64,000 bases of DNA from Candidatus Cloacimonadaceae bacterium (GCA_942491655.1 CALOBL010000006.1:98126-162125), one strand, 5' to 3'. Numbered from the stretch's first letter, positions 25,993 to 36,955 are shown. The notes: generated by a model not told the origin, from the letters alone. Made by a program: numbers and translations.

Positions 25993-27606
25993 TTATCTAT
26001 TTTCCTTGTAAAAATTTATCAAGCCGTTGGTTGAAGAGTCATGAGTTTCAATTGTATTATCATCCTCCAGTTCAGGCAGGATCTTTTGGGCGAGCTTTTT
26101 ACCCAATTCTACGCCCCACTGATCGAAGCTGTAGATATTCCAGATCACACCCTGCACAAAGATCTTATGTTCATACATTGCGATTAAACTGCCTAATGTT
26201 TTAGGAGTAAGCTTTTTAAATAAAATGGAATTAGTGGGTTTATTGCCAGAAAAGATCTTAAAGGGAATGATCTTCTCATCCTCAACTTCTTTCCTAACCT
26301 CAGCCTCAGTTCTGCCGTTCATTAAAGCTTCAGTCTGAGCAAAGAAGTTGGAAAGCAGTTTCTGATGATGATCACCGATAGGATTATGGCTTTGCGCTGG
26401 AGCCAGGAAGTCACATGGAATTAGTTTCGTACCTTGATGGATCAACTGGTAGAAAGCATGTTGTCCATTGGTTCCGGGTTCTCCCCAGATCACGGGTCCG
26501 GACTGATAATTTACGGGAATTCCATTGCGATCTACAGATTTGCCGTTACTTTCCATATTACCCTGTTGGAAATAGGCCGGGAAGCGATGCATGTATTGGT
26601 CATAGGGTAGAATTGCTTCTGTTTCCGCACCAAAGAAATTATTATACCAGATTCCTAGTAGAGCTAAAATCACGGGTATGTTTTCTTTAAAGGAAGCTTT
26701 ACGGAAATGCTCATCCATTTCAAAAGCACCCTGCAGCAGTTCTTCAAAATTTTTATAGCCGATAGTACAGGCAATGGAGAGACCGATAGCTGACCAGAGG
26801 GAATAGCGTCCACCCACCCAGTCCCAGAAGCGGAACATATTGGCAGGATCTATACCAAATTCTTCTACTTTTTCTGTATTTGTTGAGATAGCTACAAAGT
26901 GTTTTTTGATATATACTTCATCTTTTGCTGATTTAAGAAACCAGTCTCTGGCAGTATGCGCATTGGTCATGGTCTCCTGGGTAGTGAAGGTTTTTGACGC
27001 GATCATGAAAAGGGTCGTTTCCGGATCGAGTTTTTTTAGTGTTTCTACGATATGTGTACCATCTACATTGGAAACAAAATGCACATTAATATGATCTTTT
27101 TTGTATGGTTTAAGCGCTTCAGTGACCATTACCGGACCAAGATCTGATCCTCCAATTCCGATATTAACGATGTCTGATATCGGTTTACATGTGAATCCTT
27201 TCCATTTACCAGAAATCACAGAATCTGAGAACTTCTTCATCTGTTGCAGGACAGCTTTTACCTCCGGCATTACATCTTTGCCATCCACAAAAACAGGTTC
27301 ATTGGAACGATTGCGCAGAGCCGTATGCAGCACAGCCCGGTTTTCAGTGTGGTTGATCTTTTTCCCTGTGAACATGTCTTCAATCTCATCTTTCAAATGC
27401 TGTTCATCCGCCAGCTGCAACAGCAGATCCAGGGTGTCAGTTGTTATCAGGTTCTTGGAAAAATCTACCAGGATGTCATTAAAACTGAGTGAGAATTTAT
27501 TGAATCTTTGCGAATCGTTTTTGAAAGCTGCTTTCAAATTGAAATTCTGTATGTCCTGAAAATGTTGTTCAAGTTTTTTCCAGGTATCATTTTTGAGAAG
27601 TCTCAT
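25993..27606 (-). CDS. pgi: Glucose-6-phosphate isomerase
   Basis: 537 aa with full-length PGI similarity ([40 protein letters not shown]). Confidence 0.95.
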   Translation of the reverse strand: MRLLKNDTWKKLEQHFQDIQNFNLKAAFKNDSQRFNKFSLSFNDILVDFSKNLITTDTLDLLLQLADEQHLKDEIEDMFTGKKINHTENRAVLHTALRNRSNEPVFVDGKDVMPEVKAVLQQMKKFSDSVISGKWKGFTCKPISDIVNIGIGGSDLGPVMVTEALKPYKKDHINVHFVSNVDGTHIVETLKKLDPETTLFMIASKTFTTQETMTNAHTARDWFLKSAKDEVYIKKHFVAISTNTEKVEEFGIDPANMFRFWDWVGGRYSLWSAIGLSIACTIGYKNFEELLQGAFEMDEHFRKASFKENIPVILALLGIWYNNFFGAETEAILPYDQYMHRFPAYFQQGNMESNGKSVDRNGIPVNYQSGPVIWGEPGTNGQHAFYQLIHQGTKLIPCDFLAPAQSHNPIGDHHQKLLSNFFAQTEALMNGRTEAEVRKEVEDEKIIPFKIFSGNKPTNSILFKKLTPKTLGSLIAMYEHKIFVQGVIWNIYSFDQWGVELGKKLAQKILPELEDDNTIETHDSSTNGLINFYKENR

Positions 27607-27621
27607 ATAAAATTCCTTAAT

Positions 27622-30600
27622 TTATTTCAACAGGATCATCTTCTTTGATGAAGAGTGGCTTTCTGATTCCAGATGATATAGATATATTCCACTGCTCATC
27701 TGTTTACCAGCAATATTTTTTCCATCCCAGAGGTATTCATGTAAACCAGAAGTATGCTGTGCTTCGATAATAGTGTTTACAAAATTTCCCTTAATGTCGT
27801 AAATTTTTAAACTGACAAACTCTTCTTTTTCCAGGTTGAAGCTGATCTCAGTATCCGGATTGAAAGGATTGGGATGGTTCTGCAGTAAGCCATATTCAAC
27901 AGGTATATCAGGAATATTCGGGTCTTCGTTATCTTGTGGAATCTCAAGCGAGATAGAACCATAATTATATACTTCACCGGTGAGATCAACACTTTCCAGT
28001 GAATACCAGTATTTGAACCCGGGAACTATTGAACCACTTCCATCTGCAAACTGATAATCAACAGGTTGTGAAGATGTACCGGCACCAGGGATCATTTCTG
28101 CATTCAATAGTTGAGATTGCCCCATATTCTGGGAAGGTGATCTATAAAGATTCCAGCCCAGATTATTGATCTCACTCTGGGTAGTCCAGAAGATGGAAGA
28201 ACCGCCATCTTCGTATTGAGCGAAAAAAGAGGAAAGTGTAACAGGGAGGGGATTATCTCTACCCAGGATTATCTCGGTAGTACCATCTCTTGTTACTGGT
28301 AGCGTAATATTACAGGAAACTGTGCTGGAAACGTAATTCCAGCTTATTCCACCAGGTATTTCCCAATTGCTTCCATTCAGCCAGTGAATATAAGCCAGAT
28401 CTTCCAGGCCGTTGAATGATAATGTGACTTCAAGCGGAAGATCATTTGTATTACCAATTACTTCAATCAGATAAGAGATTATTACATTATTTACATTAGG
28501 TACAGGATACGAACTCTGTAAAGCGTCGGTTACCGTAACATTTACAATAATACCTGTATCACCGCTGGGATCTATTGTAACATCTGGATTAACTGAAAAA
28601 CCATCGATATTGGTATCGGGCATGTTTACCAATGCCGGCCCAGAACCGGTTCCATTACTGCCAGTGCCATGGGAAATATTATCTACAACTGTTAATACTA
28701 CTGGCAGGAGTACACTTCCCTCATCGGGATCGTTCGAGATAATTTCAATATCAGCGTTATATACTCCTGCCGAAAGTCCAGCAGCATTGTATGTTAAAGT
28801 AACGTTATCTGATGATCCCTGACCTATGCTACCGTTATCTTGATCTGAAGTAAGCCAGGAAACGGTCTCATAAATTCTGAAGTTTGCATTGGAAACATCA
28901 TTAATACCAGCATCCGCAGGATCACTTATTCTAACCAGACATTGTTCGGATGCTGTTCCATCTACAGTCCATTCGTAAGTTCCATCATTTGGTGTAGAAG
29001 CTGTAATTTCAGAATAGCCAGCCCCATTATTGGTGGAGACTTCTAATTTTACATCTGTAAGTGGAGCTCCGAAATGAGACCAGGTTATATTCCGGGAACT
29101 TCCATTCGCCCAGTTTTCGCTGCCATTGGGGGATGTCAGAGTTAAATCAGGTGGGTTTTCATCAATAATCATTTCAATACACCAGTTTTTGTTACTTGTA
29201 GAAATTTGACTCCATGAACCAGAATTATATTGGACTAATCCACCTTTGTCAGCGATCATCAGACCATCATCTGCTCCAAATAGAAAACCTGTTCCTGCAT
29301 ATGTTAAAGAATAACCTACCCAATATTCATTACTAGAAATCAAAGTTATAGGAGAAGTTAATTCATGTGTCGTCCATCCCCCCTCGTTTACAGTTACACT
29401 CTGGGAATAAATTAGATTTCCTGAATTTCCTAATGATCCACCTTCCCAAACTTTAACTATACAATTAGTATAATCTGAAGTAAGCAACACAAAATTGACT
29501 TGAGTAATTTGATAATCGGTATAGTATAATGATAATTCACTAGAAGTAAATCTTGCTGCACAGTTAAATTCTCCGGGAGAATTTGTAAAACTGATACCAT
29601 ACGCTAATCCATCATGATAAGCAATAGTTGTTTCACGGAATTCGTGATCACCGTTAAAATCGTCAGGTAATATTATTGCTCTTTCATTTGGAATAGGCAT
29701 CTTTGGATCTATCTTTCCCTTATTTGTTTTTGATCCAATTCTACTTCCGGAAGCTGTAATAAAAACTTCATAATTAAGTGTCGAACTTGCTTCACCATTA
29801 TTTGAGATCGATAATGTACTTTGATCGGATCCATTTAAGCCAAGGGTTTGGTTAAATGAGGTTGGATTTACTGAAACGTCGGGAACTGGTGAGCCAATTC
29901 CACTTATTATCAAACCGAATTGTTGTGAAGCTGGACTGCCGGTGTCATCTACTAAAGTTCCTTTATGGGTTACGGTAATGGTATATATATCAACAGTGGG
30001 ATTTTCTATATACACCTGTTCAACATTATCTACAGAATTATCCCCGCTATTTGTGGCTCCGTCTCCTGGATTCAATCTGTCCAATTTCCAGGGGTAATAT
30101 GTACTGGCATCTTTTGTGATCCTGAGATCAAGATCATTTATCAACATAGGATCTGAGGGATCCAAACTGAGTGTTACCGGTGTTCCTTCAGGATCAGTCC
30201 AACATAAAGTAGCTTTAAAAGGTTCGGAACCTAATGCAGGCAAGGAGATCTGGTATGAACCACTGTTGGTCAGTGTTGTTTCCAGAATTCTTATGTCGGT
30301 TCCGTTATCTGATATATATTGTGCCATTCTTTCAGTATTCATCAATCCCCAACCGAATTCATAGTCGGGTCCATCATTAGAGCCAGCTTCATCAGCACAA
30401 TGTATAGTTAATGCTTTCAGGGTGGACGAACGCAGATATACTCCGTTCACTTCTTCATTATGCTCCTGGATAAGCGCCAGTGAACCGGTAACAGAAGGTG
30501 CGGCCATAGAAGTGCCTGAAAGTGTAGTGTAATCAGTATTAGAATCATCATCAGTAGAATATAGAGCAACCCCATTTGCAGAAATATCAGGTTTGATCCG

Positions 30601-31560
30601 GCCATCATCGCAGGGACCCCAGCTACTGAAGGTTGACATTACAACATCACTGGGTTGAGAATATGTGCTGGTTAGATCTTCCACTGCAGCTACTGTTAGT
30701 ACGTTCTTACTGGCTGCCATATCAGCAAGACAATCGTAGGGCCCGTCATCTGCATGAGTCGGGTCATCTCCGGGTCCGTCACCGCGATCATTTCCGGCAG
30801 ATTCCACAATAAGATAATAGGGAGCATCATAAGCGATTAGATCAAAGTCCTGAGAATTAGAATTATAGTGTCCAAAGTTCCAATCTTCGCCAGGTGAAGA
30901 TTGTCCATACCACGCCCAGGTTGAACCTGTCCAAACCCAACCTCTTCCAAGCCCATAAGAATGATTTGAAAGCAACATGCCGGCAGTGGCTTCTGTCGCC
31001 ATTTCCGAGGTGTCACTATCCCAGTCAAACGCCCTTAAGCTTGCACCATAAGCCATTCCTTTTGCATTAGCTACTACACCGGATGCCATAATGGTGCCAG
31101 CTACATGAGTAGAGTGATAATGCGAAGTGATGGGACCATCTACCTGAACAATCCGGGAACCAAATTCTTGATGGGTAAGTCGAACTCCACCACCATCCCA
31201 TTCGCGGACAACAATTCCGCTTCCGGTAAGGCTTAAGCCAGCAATTCCTCCAGGGTAAACATGGTCCGTGGAAATAGTAATAGCTGCATTGGAATTATGA
31301 ATGATATGATAGATCGGAAGATCAAGGTCATCAAAATAAGAAAGTTCCATATAGACACCTTCATCATCTATAATGACCGGAATATCCCTTTGTTCAGCCT
31401 TTAATAAGGCTTCATCATGCTTCTGTTTCCACTCATTATAAAATCTGACAGATAGTGCATTAAGCTCAGAAATATTGGTTTGATCTATGACCCTATCAAG
31501 ATCTGCATATATTAATAGAAATAACGATATAAATAAAACGAGAAAAATAGCTTTTTTCAC
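27622..31560 (-). CDS. Secreted subtilisin-like S8 serine protease with Ig-like/lectin-like repeats and T9SS C-terminal sorting domain
   Basis: 1312 aa with a signal peptide. S8 triad contexts: VVREWDGGGV (Asp), HSTHVAGTIMA (His), LSGTSMAAPSVTG (Ser). The C-terminus NHPNPFNPDTEISFNL...SGIYLYHLES...KMILLK is a T9SS type A / FlgD-Ig-like tail. Confidence 0.85.
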   Translation of the reverse strand: MKKAIFLVLFISLFLLIYADLDRVIDQTNISELNALSVRFYNEWKQKHDEALLKAEQRDIPVIIDDEGVYMELSYFDDLDLPIYHIIHNSNAAITISTDHVYPGGIAGLSLTGSGIVVREWDGGGVRLTHQEFGSRIVQVDGPITSHYHSTHVAGTIMASGVVANAKGMAYGASLRAFDWDSDTSEMATEATAGMLLSNHSYGLGRGWVWTGSTWAWYGQSSPGEDWNFGHYNSNSQDFDLIAYDAPYYLIVESAGNDRGDGPGDDPTHADDGPYDCLADMAASKNVLTVAAVEDLTSTYSQPSDVVMSTFSSWGPCDDGRIKPDISANGVALYSTDDDSNTDYTTLSGTSMAAPSVTGSLALIQEHNEEVNGVYLRSSTLKALTIHCADEAGSNDGPDYEFGWGLMNTERMAQYISDNGTDIRILETTLTNSGSYQISLPALGSEPFKATLCWTDPEGTPVTLSLDPSDPMLINDLDLRITKDASTYYPWKLDRLNPGDGATNSGDNSVDNVEQVYIENPTVDIYTITVTHKGTLVDDTGSPASQQFGLIISGIGSPVPDVSVNPTSFNQTLGLNGSDQSTLSISNNGEASSTLNYEVFITASGSRIGSKTNKGKIDPKMPIPNERAIILPDDFNGDHEFRETTIAYHDGLAYGISFTNSPGEFNCAARFTSSELSLYYTDYQITQVNFVLLTSDYTNCIVKVWEGGSLGNSGNLIYSQSVTVNEGGWTTHELTSPITLISSNEYWVGYSLTYAGTGFLFGADDGLMIADKGGLVQYNSGSWSQISTSNKNWCIEMIIDENPPDLTLTSPNGSENWANGSSRNITWSHFGAPLTDVKLEVSTNNGAGYSEITASTPNDGTYEWTVDGTASEQCLVRISDPADAGINDVSNANFRIYETVSWLTSDQDNGSIGQGSSDNVTLTYNAAGLSAGVYNADIEIISNDPDEGSVLLPVVLTVVDNISHGTGSNGTGSGPALVNMPDTNIDGFSVNPDVTIDPSGDTGIIVNVTVTDALQSSYPVPNVNNVIISYLIEVIGNTNDLPLEVTLSFNGLEDLAYIHWLNGSNWEIPGGISWNYVSSTVSCNITLPVTRDGTTEIILGRDNPLPVTLSSFFAQYEDGGSSIFWTTQSEINNLGWNLYRSPSQNMGQSQLLNAEMIPGAGTSSQPVDYQFADGSGSIVPGFKYWYSLESVDLTGEVYNYGSISLEIPQDNEDPNIPDIPVEYGLLQNHPNPFNPDTEISFNLEKEEFVSLKIYDIKGNFVNTIIEAQHTSGLHEYLWDGKNIAGKQMSSGIYLYHLESESHSSSKKMILLK

Positions 31561-31617
31561 TTCTACCTCTTCCTGTAAATTTTGGCCAAAACGAGAAAAT
31601 AAAATCTTTAGTCAACA

Positions 31618-32960
31618 CTAATGTACATTAATTTCACTACCACCAATAAATTCTCTCAGAACAGAGTCGCCGGGAACGACAGTATCGTCTGCCCAGGGTT
31701 CGACCTGTTTTAAAATTTCGTTAATCCGCAGAGCACGGGTATAGGCGTCAAGTTTAAGAGGGTCATTTTCGTATTTTTTCACCCAGTCGCTGAAATTTTT
31801 ACCAAGTTTATGGGCGTAAAGAGCGATCTCGTAAGGCATGGCGCTGTTAATCACATAATCGGTAGTATTAATGTAGGGAATGATATTTCTTAATTCGCTG
31901 GCTCGAACGTAGTGCCAGTGCTCCAGGGTCTGGGTGGGGTTGTAGGCGCGGAAAGCAGAATCGCGCAGCATACGTCTGATCAGCCTGATATCCGTCCAGC
32001 GAATATATCTGCCGTCGGAAGCCTTAAGCTGCATCAGCGGCTCCAGGTAGAGCTTGAATTTATTATCATCAGGAATACTGGAGGTCATGTCCGGATATAG
32101 ACCGTGCAGACTGTCCAGCAGGATGATCTCATCTTCATGTATCTGCATGGGAGTATGATCCAGCTTCCTGGTACCGGTTTTAAAATCGTAATAAGGTATT
32201 AGCACTTCTTCCCCTGCCACCAGTCTTTTCAGGTGTTCGTTTATTAAAGCCAGATCCAGCGCCTGGGGTGTTTCAAAATCGTAATCGCCAAATTCATCTT
32301 TAGGATGCATGGAGAGGTCGAAGAAATAGTGATCGACATTAAGAGCGGCAAATTTAAAACCTTTTTTATTGAGGGAAGATTCAATTTATGGGTAGTTGTA
32401 GTTTTACCGGAAGAGGATGGCCCTGTGACGATAACCAGTTTAGTCTCTTGTGCTCTGTCTATAAGTATCTCGGCAGCATGAGCAACATCACGGTTGTAGG
32501 CGGATTCAGATTCCGCGATCACCTCCGTGATATTTCCTCCTCGGATCTTTTCATTGAGTAGATCAATGGTGTTAAGCTGGTGAGTTGCAGCCCAGTCCAG
32601 CACCTGCCAGCATTTAGCCCAGGGAATATTTTCATTCAGCCGGTTGTCCTGTTTTGAATCCTTTTCCCGTTTCCTGACATTTTCCGCCCGATAGAGGATA
32701 TAAGCTTTAGCAACTTTGGCATGTCCGTTCTTGATCAAGATGTATTCAACCGTGTCCTGTATCTCTTCTATGTGAGGTATATTTTCCGGGCTGAAATCTT
32801 CATTAAGTTTTTCCACTATTTGATCCGTCAATTTATGGGCCAGATCCCTGTCCCGGCCTCCTACGGCTATGGCAGCTCTGTAAAGGGCGTTTACAATTCT
32901 ATTCTTGTTAAAAGGAACTTTATCACCGTTGCGTTTTATAACATATTCTACGTTAGCCAA
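31618..32960 (-). pseudogene. ATP-cone domain fused to a P-loop uridine-kinase/PRK-like nucleoside kinase; one frameshift (or indel error)
   Basis: The N-terminal ORF has an ATP-cone (VIKRNGDKVPFNKNRIVNALYRA...) and Walker A GPSSSGKTTTT. The continuation IESSLNKKGFKFAALNVDHYFFDLSMHPKDEFGDYDFETP reads in the frame of ORF 31618..32310. The shift is at about 32378-32390 (cataaattgaa on the minus strand). Confidence 0.7.
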
Positions 32961-32984
32961 AATAACCTCCCGATCATTCAGATC

Positions 32985-34259
32985 TTATTTGGTGGAAACA
33001 CTTACCCCGTTAAACAATATGGCAGGGAATTCACCGCCCCAGGTAGGATGCAGTTTATTCTCGATGGCGGCAACATGTTTAAGTGTTTCATAAATATTTC
33101 CAGCCACCATGGCATCTTTTACCCGACCGATTATTCTGCCTTTTTCAACATAAATTCCAGGGGAAACTCCTACCGAAAAATCTCCGTTGGGAATATTCCC
33201 GCTGTGAGCACCCATTACTCCTTTCAGAATAATTCCTCTTTCCATGGAAGCGATCATTTCCTGCAGCGAAAGTGAGCCGGGTTCTATGCGAAGGTGTGAA
33301 AGAGCTGGAGCCGGCTTGATCTTAGTGGGGTCACCGCCCCACATTGCCGATTTATAGCCATGCCCGGTTGAAGCTGTTTTAAGCTTTTCAGCATATTCCA
33401 GATCAAAGTAAAAATTCTTTAAAACACCATTCTGTACGATCTCCAGTTTTGCGGTAGGGACTCCCTCATCGTCAAAAGCTCTGGCGCCTGGAAGAGAATC
33501 ATCCAGGGCATTATCGGTTATGGTAAGTTTTTCACTGAAGATCTGTTCACCGATCCTGTTCAGAAGAGGTGAAGTTTTCTTGAAAATACTCTGCCCATTG
33601 GCAGCAGACCTGAGTCTCCACAATAAGGCGTACATGGCTCCAGGTGTGAAGAGAACCTGCATTTTACCACCCTCGGGTGTCACTGGTTTCTCGGAAAGAT
33701 TATATAATTCTGCCAGTGCATCAATCTTTTCGTCCGGCATGGACTGGAAATTGAAATCATAATGGCTTGCCGAGAGACCGGCTGCTCCTCCCGGATAACA
33801 GAGGTTCATCCAGATGCTGAAATCACTATGTTTTTGTTCCAGATAAGTGCCGGTGGAATTGGCAATGCGGAGGGATTCGATGTTAATTGAGGAGCCTAAT
33901 TCAATTTCCGCTGCCGTTTTCCTGGAAAGAATACCGCATATTCTGTCACACTCTTCAACAGCTCTTGCGGCAGTTATTTTTTCAATTTCCGGGTCAAATG
34001 TCTTTAGTTGAGGTATTTTTTTTGTTTCAGGAAAAGTGTATTCTGCTTTTACCTTACCATCCAAAGAGCTGATCGCGTTATCGATCAGTCCCTGCGGATC
34101 TAGCAGGTTCTTGGTGTAGGAGAAGCCCAGCATTTTATCTTTTATGATCCTTAATGTGTAGCCGGATTGAATGGAACTTTCTATATCATGCAGTTTACCG
34201 TCACTGAATTCAACACTGGATCTCGGTGGAATCGGTATTATACAGTTCAGCCTGGTCAC
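32985..34259 (-). CDS. pmbA: PmbA/TldE-family protein (partner of the TldD metalloprotease)
   Basis: 424 aa. Shows TldD/PmbA family resemblance but lacks the HExxxH motif. Sits immediately downstream of tldD. Confidence 0.8.
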   Translation of the reverse strand: MTRLNCIIPIPPRSSVEFSDGKLHDIESSIQSGYTLRIIKDKMLGFSYTKNLLDPQGLIDNAISSLDGKVKAEYTFPETKKIPQLKTFDPEIEKITAARAVEECDRICGILSRKTAAEIELGSSINIESLRIANSTGTYLEQKHSDFSIWMNLCYPGGAAGLSASHYDFNFQSMPDEKIDALAELYNLSEKPVTPEGGKMQVLFTPGAMYALLWRLRSAANGQSIFKKTSPLLNRIGEQIFSEKLTITDNALDDSLPGARAFDDEGVPTAKLEIVQNGVLKNFYFDLEYAEKLKTASTGHGYKSAMWGGDPTKIKPAPALSHLRIEPGSLSLQEMIASMERGIILKGVMGAHSGNIPNGDFSVGVSPGIYVEKGRIIGRVKDAMVAGNIYETLKHVAAIENKLHPTWGGEFPAILFNGVSVSTK

Positions 34260-34292
34260 AATTTTTAAGTGCTTTTTTAATAAGCTCCTGCA

Positions 34293-35657
34293 TTATACAC
34301 CTCCTATAACAACATTCTTCACAAGTATGTGCGGTCCGCCGTGGCAGGATCTGATATTGGTCTGTCCCTTTCCGCAACCTCCTGTTTTAGAAAGGGTGAG
34401 ATCATTTCCGATAGCGGTAATATCCTTCATGGTTTTATACAGGTTTCCAGACATATTGATATCCCGGATCATTCCTGCTTTTTTACCGTTTTTCACTTTG
34501 AAGCCGTATTGAGCTCCGAAAGTAAAGTTCTCGCCGGAAGTCTGACCGCCCTTGGCATCATTTATCAGGAGACCTTCACCAAGCTGTTGCATGAGATCAT
34601 CCAGGCTGTTCTTTCCGGATTCGATGAAAATGGTACCCATGCGGATGATCGGGGCATATTTGTAATCTTCAGCTACGCAATGACCGGAAATCGGTTCGCC
34701 GAATTCAGCAGCGGTTCTTCTGGAATGAAGACGACCGGTAAGGACACCATTCTTCATCAGCTCAACTTTTCTTACAGGGACTCCCTCATCGTCGTATTTA
34801 TAAAATCCCAGCTGGTTAGGAAGGGTAGCGTTATCTGTAATACTGAGCACTTCATTACCCAGAGGTGCTCCCATCTCCATTTTTTTCCTCATGGCGGGAA
34901 GTGTTTCGATGATATCAGCTTCCGAAAAATGTCCAAAAGCTTCATGAGCAAATACTCCAGAAAGGCTTTGATTCAAGATACAATTATAAACACCGCCCGA
35001 AACTGGTTCTGCTTTCAGAAGATCGATCACGATCCCTGATCTTTTTTCAAAGATATCTTCCAATCCCCTTACATTCTGGAAGCCGTTGCTGCCTCCGGCT
35101 GAAATCCTGAGATTCTGTGTAAGGCTGCCATCCTTACTGGTAACCATGCCACCGATCCTGGTAGTAAGCAATTCTTCATAGATTTCGGAACCTTCAGAAC
35201 TGAGGTAGAATTTCTCTCTAAGGGTATCTGAATAACCCATGTTGGTCATAACGATCTTTTTATGGGAAAGGGGGATACGGTTATATCTTTCGAGCAGAGA
35301 ACGTTTTTCTTCTATGGATATATTGCGGGGGTCTTCCTGGAGATCGAGATATACTTTTTCTTTTACAACTGGAACCGGTGCCAGCTTGATCGGCTTGCTG
35401 AGACTATGGGAAAGCAGGACAGCATTTTGAGTCGCTATCTTAACAGCTTTTACGGCATCTTCCGGCCGCGTGAATGAGATGCTGGATAGACCGCCGTTTT
35501 TCATGACTCTTACCACATAGCCGTCGGTTGTGTTGGTGCCAATCCGGGAAAGATCGTAGCCCATGTATGTTAGGAAGGTTTCGGTCATTACTTCATAACG
35601 GATATCAATATAATCAGCATCCGTTTGAGAAATGATCTTTCTGAGTTTTTCAAACAT
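34293..35657 (-). CDS. tldD: TldD metalloprotease
   Basis: 454 aa. Contains the TldD motif AHEAFGHFSEAD (HExxxH) and the conserved C-terminal GGCGKGQ region. Confidence 0.85.
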   Translation of the reverse strand: MFEKLRKIISQTDADYIDIRYEVMTETFLTYMGYDLSRIGTNTTDGYVVRVMKNGGLSSISFTRPEDAVKAVKIATQNAVLLSHSLSKPIKLAPVPVVKEKVYLDLQEDPRNISIEEKRSLLERYNRIPLSHKKIVMTNMGYSDTLREKFYLSSEGSEIYEELLTTRIGGMVTSKDGSLTQNLRISAGGSNGFQNVRGLEDIFEKRSGIVIDLLKAEPVSGGVYNCILNQSLSGVFAHEAFGHFSEADIIETLPAMRKKMEMGAPLGNEVLSITDNATLPNQLGFYKYDDEGVPVRKVELMKNGVLTGRLHSRRTAAEFGEPISGHCVAEDYKYAPIIRMGTIFIESGKNSLDDLMQQLGEGLLINDAKGGQTSGENFTFGAQYGFKVKNGKKAGMIRDINMSGNLYKTMKDITAIGNDLTLSKTGGCGKGQTNIRSCHGGPHILVKNVVIGGV

Positions 35658-35678
35658 TATAATTCTCCTTTTAAGGAA

Positions 35679-36287
35679 CTATTTGCCTTTTCTTCCGCTT
35701 TTAAATAAGAATTTATTATGGGGCATTTTAAAAATATCAGTCCCTTCCCAGCCGGGATACATACCTTTACTGGCCAGCCTCATATCCGTGATCGTGTAAA
35801 TAGCATTAGGGTTGAAAACTTTGATCATTTGTATGGCTGTTTTAAGATCCCGGCGGCGTAAATTAAAGTAAACAACATCAACAGCACCGCTGTTGGAAGT
35901 TGCTTTGATGTCAGTAACATGATATCCTTCTGCCCTGAAGAACTGGATAAGCTCTTTGGCTTTTTTCTGGGTAATGATCCTGAGCAGGATAACGCCAATG
36001 GCCAGTTTCCCTTCCAGATAAATACCTACAAAATTACCCATCGCAAAACCGGCAGCATAAGCTATATAATTGATGGGAGAATCCATGTTTTTCATTACAT
36101 TGCTGATCACGATCAACCAGATAAGGACCTCAAAGAATCCGGCAATAGGGGCAAGATACTTCATGCCACGGTTTACAAAAATTATCCGTAGGGTTCCCAG
36201 TGAGACATCGAAAATCCGTGACAAAAAGATTAAGATAGGCAATATATATGGCATCGCAGATGAAGATATAATTTCTGAAAATTCCAT
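35679..36287 (-). CDS. UPF0316/DUF2179-family small membrane protein
   Basis: 202 aa with three N-terminal TM helices and a C-terminal DUF2179-like soluble domain (EGYHVTDIKATSNSGAVDVVYFNLRRRD). Confidence 0.6.
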   Translation of the reverse strand: MEFSEIISSSAMPYILPILIFLSRIFDVSLGTLRIIFVNRGMKYLAPIAGFFEVLIWLIVISNVMKNMDSPINYIAYAAGFAMGNFVGIYLEGKLAIGVILLRIITQKKAKELIQFFRAEGYHVTDIKATSNSGAVDVVYFNLRRRDLKTAIQMIKVFNPNAIYTITDMRLASKGMYPGWEGTDIFKMPHNKFLFKSGRKGK

Positions 36288-36377
36288 AAAAAACTCCTGA
36301 GTATGATTTTGGTTATGTTTTTTAATTATTTAATTGTGTCAAAGAATTATTGAATCAGAAGATTGAGACGAGGAAGA

Positions 36378-36460
36378 GTTCAGCTGCGAGGAAGTAAGGC
36401 AGCGTACCACATACAATCCTGTTTTGGAAATGTCTCCAGGTATTAATATTCTTGTTAAAG
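36378..36460 (+). repeat. Repeat family B, copy 1 (degenerate)
   Basis: gttcagctgcgaggaagtaaggcagcgtaccacatacaatcctgttttggaaatgtctcc... aligns with B2 and B3. Confidence 0.6.
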
Positions 36461-36464
36461 GGGA

Positions 36465-36549
36465 AGATTGAGATTGAGGAAAAGTCTTGGACTTGATTCG
36501 CTGTGAGTGTTTGCCCCGAAAGGGCAAAAAGCGAATGTGAATCGAGGAG
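36465..36549 (+). repeat. Repeat family A, copy 1
   Basis: agattgagattgaggaaaagtcttggacttgattcgctgtgagtgtttgccccgaaagggcaaaaagcgaatgtgaatcgagga. Nested stems are gattc/gaatc, ttcgc/gcgaa and tttgccc/gggcaaa. Confidence 0.75.
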
Positions 36550-36564
36550 TAATGGAACAAAATT

Positions 36565-36660
36565 CTAGCTGGGAGAAATTAAAGTAGCGTACCTCAAACA
36601 ATCCTGTTTGAGGAAAGGTCTCCTCGTGCAAATTATCTACTTCACAAAGTAAGATCGAGC
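36565..36660 (+). repeat. Repeat family B, copy 2
   Basis: ctagctgggagaaattaaagtagcgtacctcaaacaatcctgtttgaggaaaggtctcctcgtgcaaattatctacttcacaaagtaagat. Hairpin cctcaaaca-atcc-tgtttgagg. Confidence 0.75.
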
Positions 36661-36857
36661 TTAACTATTCAATTTGTTTGCACAAATTGAATTTGCGAAA
36701 ACTGCAGGAACTTGTGAAATACTTAACGCTTTCATGCTGAGCTGCCTGCCTTGGCGAAGCTTTAGCGAAGACAGGTCGAAGTATGACGAATGATAATGAT
36801 AAGCAGTTTTTCAGAAAACTGTATTGCATCATGAAATAAGTTTTGATGTCATAATGT

Positions 36858-36955
36858 GGTTCAGCTGCAATGAATTAAAGCAGAGTACCTCAAACAGTCT
36901 TGTTTGAGGAAGGGTCCATTTTGCAAATTTTCTACTTCAAAAGAAAGATTTTAGT
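36858..36955 (+). repeat. Repeat family B, copy 3
   Basis: ggttcagctgcaatgaattaaagcagagtacctcaaacagtcttgtttgaggaagggtccattttgcaaattttctacttcaaaagaaagat. It has the same hairpin as copy 2. Confidence 0.75.

Noticed and set aside
36339-36560. 73-aa minus-strand ORF in the C25 upstream region, and ORFs 43878..44090 and 43885..44256 downstream of the LamG gene
   Set aside because: They overlap repeat families A, B, E and F. Their composition is Ser/Leu/Ile-rich and low-complexity, with no RBS and no recognisable domain.
36598-36630. tgaggaaaggtctcc resembles the GAGGAAAGUCC core of RNase P RNA
   Set aside because: The string is part of the thrice-repeated family B element. None of the other universally conserved RNase P regions is present nearby.
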